A stretch of 63,681 nucleotides of DNA, filler included, from Squatina squatina (taxonomy: Eukaryota): the NCBI GenBank assembly GCA_031763465.1. It is 3 parts of 3 records of this genome, joined end to end, with 100 filler letters (N's around TTAATTAATTAA, not from the genome) between each part and the next. Parts side by side here need not be neighbours in the genome. Positions count along the whole stretch, not along the records: positions 1 to 27,407 come from JARFOE010000001.1; positions 27,508 to 41,398 come from JARFOE010000234.1; 1 more part is not named here. One strand, 5' to 3'. Shown here piece after piece: positions 22,595 to 34,100 of the stretch (positions within the stretch are counted from its first letter, which is position 1; each line of letters begins with the position of its first letter). Under the pieces are notes generated by a model. The model did no database searches. It worked only from the letters and a program-made list of their open reading frames with translations, and was not told the DNA's origin. Both the position numbers and the translations under genes were made by a program.

Positions 22595-24715
22595 TTTGTT
22601 CATGGGATGTGGGCACCATTAGCAAGGCCATCTTTTATTGCACATCCTGAAGGTGAGCTGCCTTCTTGAACCACTTCAGTCTGTGTGGCAAAGGTACTCC
22701 AACAGTGCTGACCTTGTTGTAATAATTTGGTACCAAATGAATGGCTTGCTGGGCCATTTCAGAGGGCAGTTAAGAGTCAACCATATTGCCGTGGGTCTGG
22801 AGTCAAATATAGGCCAGACCAAGCAAGGGTAGCAGATTTCCTTCCCTAAAGGACATTATTAGTGCTTATACAGTTTATTGTTAGAATTTGTGCCACAAAA
22901 AANNNNNNNNNNNNNNNNNNNNNNNNNNNNNNNNNNNNNNNNNNNNNNNNNNNNNNNNNNNNNNNNNNNNNNNNNNNNNNNNNNNNNNNNNNNNNNNNNN
23001 NNNNNNNNNNNNNNNNNNNNNNNNNNNNNNNNNNNNNNNNNNNNNNNNNNNNNNNNNNNNNNNNNNNNNNNNNNNNNNNNNNNNNNNNNNNNNNNNNNNN
23101 NNNNNNNNNNNNNNNNNNNNNNNNNNNNNNNNNNNNNNNNNNNNNNNNNNNNNNNNNNNNNNNNNNNNNNNNNNNNNNNNNNNNNNNNNNNNNNNNNNNN
23201 NNNNNNNNNNNNNNNNNNNNNNNNNNNNNNNNNNNNNNNNNNNNNNNNNNNNNNNNNNNNNNNNNNNNNNNNNNNNNNNNNNNNNNNNNNNNNNNNNNNN
23301 NNNNNNNNNNNNNNNNNNNNNNNNNNNNNNNNNNNNNNNNNNNNNNNNNNNNNNNNNNNNNNNNNNNNNNNNNNNNNNNNNNNNNNNNNNNNNNNNNNNN
23401 NNNNNNNNNNNNNNNNNNNNNNNNNNNNNNNNNNNNNNNNNNNNNNNNNNNNNNNNNNNNNNNNNNNNNNNNNNNNNNNNNNNNNNNNNNNNNNNNNNNN
23501 NNNNNNNNNNNNNNNNNNNNNNNNNNNNNNNNNNNNNNNNNNNNNNNNNNNNNNNNNNNNNNNNNNNNNNNNNNNNNNNNNNNNNNNNNNNNNNNNNNNN
23601 NNNNNNNNNNNNNNNNNNNNNNNNNNNNNNNNNNNNNNNNNNNNNNNNNNNNNNNNNNNNNNNNNNNNNNNNNNNNNNNNNNNNNNNNNNNNNNNNNNNN
23701 NNNNNNNNNNNNNNNNNNNNNNCCGTATGTGGCTGGTCTAGTTATGTTTGTGCTCAATAATGATCTGAGAATGTTGATGGTGGGGGATTCAGTGATGGCA
23801 ATGTCAAGGGATGGTTAGACTCTCGCTTGATGGAGATGGTCATTACCTGGCACTTGTGTGGCGCGAATGTTACTTGTCACTTATCAGCCCAAGCCTGAAT
23901 GTTGCCTGGGTCTTGCTGCATGCGGGCATGCAGTTTATGCGAATAGAACTGAACATCAGCAAACATTTCCACATTTGACCTTACAATGGGGGGAATATCA
24001 TTGATGAAACAACTGAAGATGGTTGGGCCTAGGACACTGCCTTGAGTAACTCCTGCAGCGATATCCTGGGGCTGAGATGATGGGCCTCAACAGTCACAAC
24101 TATCTTCCTTTGTGCTAGTTATGACTCCAGCCAGTGGAGAGTTTTCCCCTTGATTCCCATTGATTTTAATTTTACTAGGGCTCCTTGATGCCACACTCGA
24201 TCAAATGCTGCCTTGATGTCAAGGGCAGCCTCACCTCTAGAATTCAGCACTTTTCTCCATGTTTGGACCAAGGTTGTAATGAGGTCTGGAGCTGAGTGGT
24301 CCTGGCGGAACCCAAACTGAGCATCAGTGAGCAAGTGCCGCTTGATAGCACTATCGACATCACCTTCCATCACTTTGCTGATGATTGAGAGAAGATTGAT
24401 GGGGTGGTAATTGGATGGATTGGATTTGTCCTGCTTTTTGTGGACAAGACACACCTGGACAATTTTCTACTTTGTTGAGTAGATGCCAGGAACATGTACT
24501 GGAACAGCTTGGCTAGAGGTCTTCAGCAGCATAGCTGACAGCCGGGATGTTGTTGAGGCCCATAGCCTTTGTTGTATCCAGTGTGTTCAGCCGTTTCTTG
24601 ATATCACGTGGAGTGAAGCTGAAGACTGGCTTCTGTGATGGTGGGGACCACAGGAGGAGGTCAGGATGGATCATCCACTTGACATTTCTGGCTGAAGATG
24701 GTTGAAGATGTTGGT
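22595..24715 (-). mobile_element. CR1-clade LINE with decayed reverse-transcriptase domain (spans an 820-N gap)
   Basis: 24119-24454 translates HKKQDKSNPSNYHPINLLSIISKVMEG...DAQFGFRQDHSAPDLIT...AALDIKAAFDRVWHQGALVKLKSMGIKGKTLHWLES (non-LTR RT motifs). The family 3' tail is at 22595-22862 in the same orientation. Confidence 0.88.
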
Positions 24716-25591
24716 GCCATGCCTGTTTTTTTGGAATTAAATGGATACCTAAGCCTCCAATGTAGCGGGCAAGAAATGCACACTTATTACAAGCTGAAAG
24801 TGCAATTCCTGCCCACCATATTGGCGTAGGCAAAAAAAAATAGGAATTTTGGGCCCGCGCCTGGAACAGTTGTTAGGCTCTTTACATATGCAAATAAGGC
24901 ACCTAACACCTGTAGGCCCCTATTTCAAGATTGGTTTTGTCCTGAGGCCATCGGCTGCACTCAGGGAAATTATGCCTTGGGATCGCCTGCGAGCTGAAAG
25001 GTTACGTTTTCCTCCTTTACGTTAGCCCAGAGGAGCGAGAGTGTCCCTCCCGACCCCAAATTTAATGGACGCTTGCTGCTGCTTCCGAACCGCCCACTGA
25101 TTGCCGCCACTCCTGACCCCCGACCTCCTCTCCTGACCCCCTTTTTCTCACCTTGTTCCTTGACCCCTTTGGTCCCTGGCTCCCCTCGATTACTGGACCT
25201 GACCCCAATCCCGGCAAGTCCCTCCCTAAATTGTTCCACCTCCCCAACTCCCTCTCCTCTTGTAAGACCTGCCTCAAGGACACAACCTGCATAGCTGAGC
25301 CTGATTTTGTCCTCAGCCGATACGTTCCCTGCCAAGGTCACTGGATAGTTGACCATGAGCTGCTTTTCCTGCTCCTTTTTGCTGTGGGTGCTGAGGCCAA
25401 CTGTGAAGTCCCTAACAAAGCCCTGGCTGTGATTAGTGAGCTGAGAAACAAACTTGAGGGGTCGCTCCTGAAGCATTTCATTCAGCTGCTCACCAGATGA
25501 ACTCATTGAGGCATCAGGGGACCTCCTTCAGAATGTTATCACAGCAAAGTGAGAATAAGGCATCAAAATAGTTAATGAAATACAAACATAC

Positions 25592-25754
25592 TTCCTTTGC
25601 TGTGCTGAAGATCGACGGGTGCAGATCACGGCAACAACAATGACCACCACGACCGTTACTGCACCAATGGAGACCACAATGATCACCAGCAGATTACCAT
25701 TCTTTTGGGGGGTCACACTGCCATGAGGTGGGTGCATTTGGCCAATGGGAGGCT
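25592..25754 (-). CDS. DCC: DCC exon (human exon ~23 equivalent): juxtamembrane + transmembrane segment
   Basis: Acceptor ttgtcttccag|AG and donor AA|GTATGT; 163 nt. Translates (E)[54 protein letters not shown], matching the vertebrate DCC TM region. Confidence 0.97.
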
Positions 25755-26994
25755 CTGGAAGACAAACAATAAGAAGTATTGATATAAAAACTTAGGATTA
25801 GTCCTAAAAACATAAAGTGAGGAGGTTGGAAGAATTTTCTGCATGCAAATAGTCGTTAGANNNNNNNNNNNNNNNNNNNNNNNNNNNNNNNNNNNNNNNN
25901 NNNNNNNNNNNNNNNNNNNNNNNNNNNNNNNNNNNNNNNNNNNNNNNNNNNNNNNNNNNNTTCATTATGTCGCTGGCCTATTTATCTTTTCATGTGATTA
26001 CACAAGTGACCTTCAGTTGAACCACTAGCAATAACCAAGTGATTCCTCACAGTAATTGCAAATGAGAATTCGAGCAGTAATCACAGTGGATGAAAGAGCA
26101 AATATTTGTATTCATCAAGTAGCTATCATGTTCCAAAATCTAGTGTATTTTTATGTCCGTTGATCTTTAACATCCTATGGTTGTGGGGATATTTCCTTCA
26201 TGCTAAAGCAATCATGAAAATTGTGTCCAGCATATCACATGTGCTTACATCATGACAAAAATGGCATATGGCTCTTCACATTTCCTATGTAAAGGCGTGT
26301 CAAAGTTGTGTGAATCGAAGAAGCCATTTAGACTAAAGCCTGAGACCTCTACAGCAACCTGGATCTGTAGAGTGCAATGCAGAGTTGGCAGACCTGAGCA
26401 ACGCAGGCAGTTCCTGCTCCTTTCATGGACCCCACTGTAATTTCAAAGGGACTGGTTGACCAAAAATGTGGAATGGAATTGTTTTTCTTGTAGACCAACC
26501 TGACCACCAAGCGTTCAGCTCCCATTTTTTGAGGGATAGGGGCCTTGTCATTATAAACCTACACTGGTAAAGGTTTTCCAGTACCAACCATGTTATTAAT
26601 ATAAGATAGTGATTTTGGGAGGACGTCGGGTGGGCAGCAGAAGTAGCACTCGTGCCACCCACCATAAGTCCTTGTTCTGAGGTCTGACCCATTGTGAGGG
26701 CTGGGCCTCACTTGCTTACTCCCCGGCAAGCTGTGAGCACGAACTAGAGCTCACATGCAACTGGTCAGTCAGAAGTCCAGGAACTCAAGTGCCTCCAACA
26801 TGGAGCTTAGCCAGAGGCTTTATCTACTGGGGTGGGGGGCTGGAAGCCCTCGGAGGGGGACAGGTCGGTGCAGAGAGGCTGTAAACAAGCTGAAGATTTT
26901 TGTGGAGCATTCGTGCTCCTCCTGGCCCCACAATAATCTTTAAAAAAACAAAACCTTACCTGGCTTTGGAATGGTTTAAGGACCGCTGGTTAGG

Positions 26995-27407
26995 CTGCTC
27001 AATGCTAGGGGACAATTTCCATATGTATCTTGACAATAACCAGCTCTACCACTCCATCCCATGACCACCTCTGTGTTATCAGATTGCTTGTCTGACATCA
27101 AGCCAAGAATAAGCCAGAACTTTCTCTAACTGAAGATGAGAAAGTTCAAAGCATTTATTCAGCCCCCACCAAAAAACCCATATCCATACCACCATCTTTA
27201 TGCCCATTCCTGGCTGCTTGTCAGGTGAAGCTGAACAATTTCACTGTCCTGATTCTCCCCGAGTTTAGTTTTACACTCCACCTCCACAACATTGTCCACC
27301 CCTGACCTTACTTCACCCCCACCACTGCTGAAATCCTTATCTATGCTTTCCGTAACTTCAGGTCTGACTTCACTACTAGCCTCCACCATACAGAAGCTCT
27401 AACTCAT
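26995..27407 (+). mobile_element. Decayed L2 LINE fragment
   Basis: ttccatatgtatcttgacaataaccagctctac (degenerate FHxYADDTQLY) followed by L2 ORF2-like sequence. Confidence 0.7.
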
Positions 27408-27451
27408 NNNNNNNNNNNNNNNNNNNNNNNNNNNNNNNNNNNNNNNNNNNN

Positions 27452-27463
27452 TTAATTAATTAA
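27452..27463. other. Artificial TTAATTAATTAA linker inside an N gap
   Basis: 12-mer giving stops in all six frames, centred as 44N+12+44N; identical construct at 41443-41454. Confidence 0.92.
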
Positions 27464-27507
27464 NNNNNNNNNNNNNNNNNNNNNNNNNNNNNNNNNNNNN
27501 NNNNNNN

Positions 27508-27625
27508 TCAAGGGATATCGATCAAAGGTGGGTAAATAGAATTGAGGTGCAGATCAGCCATTATCTAGCTGAGAGGCAGAACAGGCTCGAGGGGCTGAAT
27601 GGCCTGCTTCCGTTCTTGTGTTCCT
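27508..27625 (+). mobile_element. CR1 LINE 3' end
   Basis: gcagatcagccattatctagctgagaggcagaacaggctcgaggggctgaatggcctgcttccgttc. Confidence 0.8.
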
Positions 27626-29829
27626 TTTTATAAACCATATAAAGCAAAACATAGTTTCCTCATTTCAATTACAGCTGTCTAAATAATTAATAATGCAGAC
27701 ATCTGTGTTACGTAAAATGCTTGTTATCAGTTCAGTACTTCAGCAGCATTTTTGTCCTGGAAAAAATATCAATCTCATAAATTTTAAGTGAGTGAGAAAA
27801 GACAGCAAATGCTCTGTGATTTCTTCCATTCTGCAGTCGATTCTGCGTCAACACAATCCTTGGGCACCACACAAAAAGGTGTTGCAGTGAGAGACGAGTT
27901 ACAAAATGAATCAATATAGCTTCTCAAGTGATCTGGAAAGCAGAAGCATTGCCTGTTATAGGAGAGGCTGGGGTGTATCACAGTGTAGAGTGAGGAGTAC
28001 AGGAAAAGCGCCCTGCAAATTGCCTGAATTGTGTTCCCAAATGGAGTTCTTAAAAGAGCTACACAGTAGTTGCACTGAATGGTGGGAAGCAGCTGAGAAC
28101 CAAAGTGACTCAGACAAATACAGGCTTCCAAACGAATGAAGTCATAACATTTCTAGGCTTCTGCATGCAATAAAGACATTACAGGCGCCCAACTGGTAGT
28201 CCAGCGCTAACGCCCATTTTCAGTGCTAAATTTTAAGATGCAAAATTGGTGTCAGTTTAATGCCGGCACTAAATAGGTGCTAATGTGGGAGTGCTGAAAA
28301 CGTGGCGCTGAGCGTAAAATGGACTCTCTGACATCATCAGAGGGCACAGTGCCCAAAATGGCCACCTGAATTGGGCTCTATTTCCATGGCGTTAAAGTGG
28401 CGGTGACAACGCCTGTTTTTTTGGGTGGTGACACCCGGAATGGACATTATTTTGGGCGCAATTTGAATATCTATGAGGCCCCACCATTTTTATTGGAAAA
28501 AAAAACATTTTGAGATCTGATAATGCCTTGGTTTCATTGAAGATTTTGTCTGCTTTCAGCTGACCAATTGAAATTGACAATAATGTGGCTATTTGGCCAT
28601 GGGGGCCACCACTAATGTTGGAGTGGGTGCGAACGTGCAGGGATGGCGTCCTTTTGCAGCAGAGAGATGATCTCAGAACATGATGATGCCAGGCAGCATG
28701 TTGCAGCAGTTGGTCATTATCAGCACGTTTAGCGACCCCTTCATTTGCCACAGGCTTCGACCCCATTGGTGGCAGAAGCCGCAGTCCTGGTTCATACTCT
28801 GAGAGGTCTGACAGGAAAGTGACCTTAAATGAGGTATGNNNNNNNNNNNNNNNNNNNNNNNNNNNNNNNNNNNNNNNNNNNNNNNNNNNNNNNNNNNNNN
28901 NNNNNNNNNNNNNNNNNNNNNNNNNNNNNNNNNNNNNNNNNNNNNNNNNNNNNNNNNNNNNNNNNNNNNNNNNNNNNNNNNNNNNNNNNNNNNNNNNNNN
29001 NNNNNNNNNNNNNNNNNNNNNNNNNNNNNNNNNNNNNNNNNNNNNNNNNNNNNNNNNNNNNNNNNNNNNNNNNNNNNNNNNNNNNNNNNNNNNNNNNNNN
29101 NNNNNNNNNNNNNNNNNNNNNNNNNNNNNNNNNNNNNNNNNNNNNNNNNNNNNNNNNNNNNNNNNNNNNNNNNNNNNNNNNNNNNNNNNNNNNTTGTGGT
29201 TATCCTAATCAAGGGTTGGTGAAATACAAATTTGAAGTGAACTGGTTAAAATAAGACGTTGCGGCATCCTTCACTGCCAGACAGCACCTTAATGAGGAGT
29301 TCAGGTGAGGCAGTGAGTGATTTGTGTGGTTTCCTGGCATATATTCATCGGATACTTAAAGGGAGCAAATGCAATATTTATTAACACAGTACAAAAAAAC
29401 TCTCTCTGGATGGTTAATACACCAGAAAACACGAGAAGCTAATAAAAGATGGAGAGGACAGTCAGGACTCAAAGGCTTCATTTGCAATAGAAATATGCCT
29501 CCTTAATCTGAACCAGGGCACACAGAATTGTAATTGCCATTGCACTTCACTAATGAGTAACAGAATAGGTCATTTCTACAGTGCAACCTCATTATTACTC
29601 ATCTAACTTGCATTAAAATAAACTTCCTTTCAGAATTATCATTATAGTCAATAGAGGAGTTGAAATTCAAATTCTCGACCTGCCGATGATGGAAGCTGAA
29701 CTCACATTTTACTGCATTACTAGTCTAGTAATTTAACCACTGCACCATCGTACCCGAATCATCAAGTCCTCCCCTTGAATTCCCTCAGCGGGCACAGGAT
29801 AGTAACTGGGAATGGTTCCTCAACCCGAC

Positions 29830-30000
29830 TTTGAAAGGGGAAGCTAGATAAACCCATGAGGCAGAAAGGAATAGAAGGATATGCTGATAGGGTTAGATAA
29901 AGAAAGTTTGGAGGAGGCTTGTGTGGAGCATAAACACCGGCATGGACCAGTTGGGCCGAACGGCCTGTTTCTGTGCGATAAATTCTATGTAATTCTATGA
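29830..30000 (+). mobile_element. CR1 LINE 3' end (different subfamily)
   Basis: ...gagcataaacaccggcatggaccagttgggccgaacggcctgtttctgtg followed by an (aattctatgt)-type tail repeat. Confidence 0.8.
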
Positions 30001-31139
30001 AATCTAAATATGATAAAACCCTTCATGAAAATGATGCTTTTTAAAATTTATGCATTACCACCAATATTATATAAATATGCCAGACCACTCTATAAAAGAT
30101 TTGATAACATGGGCTAAGAATTGAAGTAGGTTTGAAAACGGGCACAGGGATTGCAATGCGCGCTCGGGCCATGCCCGTTGAAAGTAGTGCAGGCAGCACG
30201 CAACATTTGTGCTCCCTGCTAATTAACATAATTGATGCGTGCAGCCCCCAGCGCTGAGAGCGCTGCTGAGTGGCTGAGGGCTCNNNNNNNNNNNNNNNNN
30301 NNNNNNNNNNNNNNNNNNNNNNNNNNNNNNNNNNNNNNNNNNNNNNNNNNNNNNNNNNNNNNNNNNNNNNNNNNNNNNNNNNNACTGTTATTTGGAAAAA
30401 GCGCGCGAAGACGTCTTCATCCTCCATTATGCAGTTTGCAAAATCTAGTTGATGGTTAGGCAAACAAGTGCCTGCTCAAGATGCTAGCTTGGTCAGCGGT
30501 TTTACCCATGTCTGGCACCTCCATGTCTGGCTGGCCCTCAGGGGAAGAATGTTACTCCGGGGGGGCGCCATTATCCCTCCCGTTGCGGTTGATGGGGCTC
30601 TTAATTTTAAGCGAGCCTCTGATGGGCCGGGAGATGTCTAGCCCATCTAACTCGATGTTCCATCACCTTTTTAATTGGGTTTGTAATGGGCCGGGATTGT
30701 CTGGCCCAGTCGATCTTTTTGTTCAGCGTGCATGGGACTATTAAAACTTATGGACCAGAATGTCTGGCCCGGTATCGGTTATGGAAATGTATGATTGAGT
30801 TCTTCCTTATCTGGGTCTCCATTGTCTGCACTGTCCTGAGCTTTAGTCAAATTTAAAACTGTCTTCCTGATCTTTCAGACTGTACCATACAAGCTTGTAT
30901 TCCCTGAAATAAACTGCTCCCAGCCACGTTTGGCTGGGGGAGGACCAATTTCCATAACAAGTGCCTTTTGATTTTGTCCAGCTAGGTGTTAGTAAGGTTG
31001 CATCTATAGCAACCCTCAGCCTTCTAGTTTTGCTTCTGTGTTTTAATTCAGTCCCTGAACCACTGGTTTGGATCTTGCTGTGCTGGTTTCTGGTTTAATG
31101 GTTTTAAAGTATGGATTTTGGCCTACTTCTTACAGATAG

Positions 31140-31790
31140 GTACAAAAGGCTAATGGAATTCTGGCCTTCATATCAAGAGAACTAGAATAGAAGTGGTTTG
31201 AAATTATGCTACAGTTATACAAAACCCTGGTTAGACCACACCTGGAGCACTGTGAACAGTTCTGGGCACCACACCTTCGGAATGATATCCTGTCTTGGAG
31301 GGAGTACAGCGTAGGTTTACCAGAATGATACCTGGATTTAAAGGGTTAAGTTATGAGGAGAAATTACACAAATTCAGGTTGCATTCCCTGGAACTTAGAT
31401 GGTTGAGGGGTGATCTGATCCAAATCTTCAATATATTAAGTGGAACAGAGAGGGTAAATACAGGGAAACTATTTCTGTTCGTTGGGGATTTTAGGACAAG
31501 GGGACATCATATAAAAATTGGAGCTAAACCTTTCAGGAGTGAAATTAGGAAATACTTCTACACACAAAGGGTGATTAAGTTTGGAACTCTCTTCCCCAAA
31601 TGATAGTTGATGCTAGATCAATTGTCAATTTTAAATCAGAGATTGACATCTTTTTACTAACCAAAGGTATTAAGGGATATGGTCCAAAGGTGGGTATATG
31701 GAGCTAGGTGGCAGATCAGCCATGACCTCATTGAATGGCGGAACAGGCTTGAGGGGCCGAATGGCCTCCTACTGTTCATTTGTTCCGATG
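31140..31790 (+). mobile_element. CR1 LINE, ORF2 C-terminus and 3' UTR
   Basis: [24 protein letters not shown]...LELRWLRGDLIQIFNIL...TRGHHIKI...RKYFYTQRVI, then the CR1 3' UTR. Confidence 0.92.
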
Positions 31791-32515
31791 AAAACTGATG
31801 CAAAGAACTGGTGCTCTTTTGCTGCAACAGGTTTGCGTCTTGAAAGTTTCGGCAGTTTTTGTGGACTTTGTCAGCAAAGACGAGTAATGTGTGCATGCTT
31901 TTTATCCCCGCTCCTGCAATTCAGTATTTCCCAGATAAGGTGAAATTTCAAGGAGATAAAAAGAGAAGCCGTGATCTTTGGAAATCCGAAATAGAAACTA
32001 TACAGCAGGTCCATCAGCACTAGAAAGAGAAAAACATAGATGAGATGAACATCCAATGAAAGTTTTTCCCTGAATTGTAACTCAATCCTACTCTTTCAAA
32101 TGTGGGCTGATTCGTTGTACAGTCCCAGCACTTTCTATTTGAAATGCTAAGGAAGTTATTGAATGTAACTGAATTATTAAAACTTAATTTAAGGCCTTCG
32201 TTTTCCTCTAAAAATGAATGGTAGATATGTTACCTTGACCTCAGAACAGGATGAAGCAAAGAAACTTGACAGCTCTCTTTGATTTGTCTCTCTGCACAGG
32301 CTGCTGAATTTCTTTACAAGGACGATTTTTTGCACTTGAGATGGGAGGCAGAATTTTTTTCCCCCAATTAAGCCAAAGGATAGATTGCTGTTGAATTTAT
32401 AAAACCTTGCTTTGTGGAATGCAGAGAATTAAGTGATTTTTTAAAAAAAATTCAACCATTAACATTTCCATCAGTAAAATTAACCATTGAATAATTGGAA
32501 TTTATAACATTTTAA

Positions 32516-33269
32516 GGGCCAAAATTCAGAAGCGCCCCTTTGGGGTGCATACGGGGCAGGAACCGGCATTTCCTGCGCTGACTCCCGCCCCACCCACCGC
32601 AGAATTAATTGTTCTGGGACAGAAGCGAGGGCAGCGGTGTCGGCCTTACTCCTGGGCGGAACTGGGGCGGCTGGCCTGATACGTCACTGGAGTGGCCTGA
32701 GCGCCACGCCAGCGACGTCAGTCAGTCACGCCGCATAGCACACTGCATGCTGACATCAGGAGCACTGCCAGGCCTCCCTTCTAGGGGAGGGCCGGCAACC
32801 ATCCTGACGGAGCCCTGCGGCCCGCCACTGGACCACCAGGGACGCTGGCGACTGGGCCTGGCGTGCCAGGCGAGGGGATGGTGGCCTGAACCGGCCGTGG
32901 GCCACCATCATTCGGCTGAAAACAGAGTTGGCTGACAAATTAAGATGGCGGCCGCAGGCCTTCCCCTTTAAGAGGGCCGATGCAGCGACAGGTTTCCCTG
33001 TCACTGCAACTGCCCAGTGCTGCAGCCGCGTCTGTTGCGTGAATTCTGCCCATGGGACGCAAAGGGAGTTGCGACTGCGAGGTGTGTGATCTTTTCATCA
33101 CGCGCTAACCCGCCGCGAAATTCAGCTGGCCAGGCGCAAAGGCTTTTGTGCCCTAGGTGAATTCCCCTGGAGGCGANNNNNNNNNNCCGGTGCCATTTTG
33201 TCCTATTTTGCCCCATTAGCGCCCCTCGGAGGTGCTAATGAGGTGCAACAGGAAATTAATTTCTAGCCC
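32516..33269. mobile_element. GC-rich non-autonomous DNA transposon with TIRs, flanked by TTAA on both sides
   Basis: TTAA|gggccaaaatt ... aatttctagccc|TTAA; CpG-rich interior. Confidence 0.7.
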
Positions 33270-33774
33270 TTAATGTATAGGATGTACTAAATTTTGACAT
33301 TTAGTACAAGTGACATGGAGTAAGAGAGGGCAGTAATCAACAGCCCATTGTTTTGAACCTTAGTTGTTTGGATATCAGTTCCCATTGTCATTGTTGTTGG
33401 ACAGCCAGGACAACTCGAGACTGAATTTCAAAAAAAATGTTTAAATTGNNNNNNNNNNNNNNNNNNNNNNNNNNNNNNNNNNNNNNNNNNNNNNNNNNNN
33501 NNNNNNNNNNNNNNNNNNNNNNNNNNNNNNNNNNNNNNNNNNNNNNNNGGACATCAAGGTTAGTTGCAATATTCCTGCCACGCCCGAAATGAGCTAACTC
33601 GGCACACATTACACTGACTAGTTAAAGTAACAGTATGGCTCAACCTCCATTGTTGGTGGTAGAATCATTATTATTTCATTGAAGAAAATACATGAAATAC
33701 TGCTTCCACTCCTCTTCCAGAAACAAAAACTGAAAATACAAGCAAAACAATCTACTGTTTATATGGGGTTTTAG

Positions 33775-34100
33775 AGCCATTGAATTACTTTAAGTGCAGT
33801 TACTATTGTTATGCAGCCAAGCGTGACAGCAAACAGTAGAGTCCCACAAACAGCAAACAACCTGCTTTTGGTAGAGTCAGTTGAACAGCCTTATTGGAAT
33901 CTGTTACGTTCAACTGAATAGGCAGATGGAGCCTTGGCTTAACCCACATCGTCGGAAAGATGGCACCTCTGGCAATGCAGCACTCCCTCAGTACTGCACT
34001 TGTGTCAGCCTAGATTATGTGCTCATGCTTTAGAATTGGACTTGAATCTACATCCTACTGACTCAGTGGCAAGAGGACAGCCAAGTGCATCAAGCTGACA
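33775..34100 (-). mobile_element. Older DeuSINE-like SINE
   Basis: ggaaagatggcacctctggcaatgcagcactccctcagtactgcac (reverse complement of the Deu domain) and a tRNA B-box-like ggacttgaatc. Confidence 0.8.

Noticed and set aside
22846-23818. Longest ORFs in the track (287-318 aa), and those at 28673-29254
   Set aside because: They consist almost entirely of X from N gaps.
24970-25506. 178-aa Gly-rich minus-strand ORF next to the TM exon
   Set aside because: It arises from C-rich low-complexity, repeat-like intronic sequence and has no recognisable family.
27452-27463. TTAATTAATTAA as a biological palindrome or homeodomain site
   Set aside because: It is centred within N runs and exactly repeated at 41443, so it is an assembly linker.
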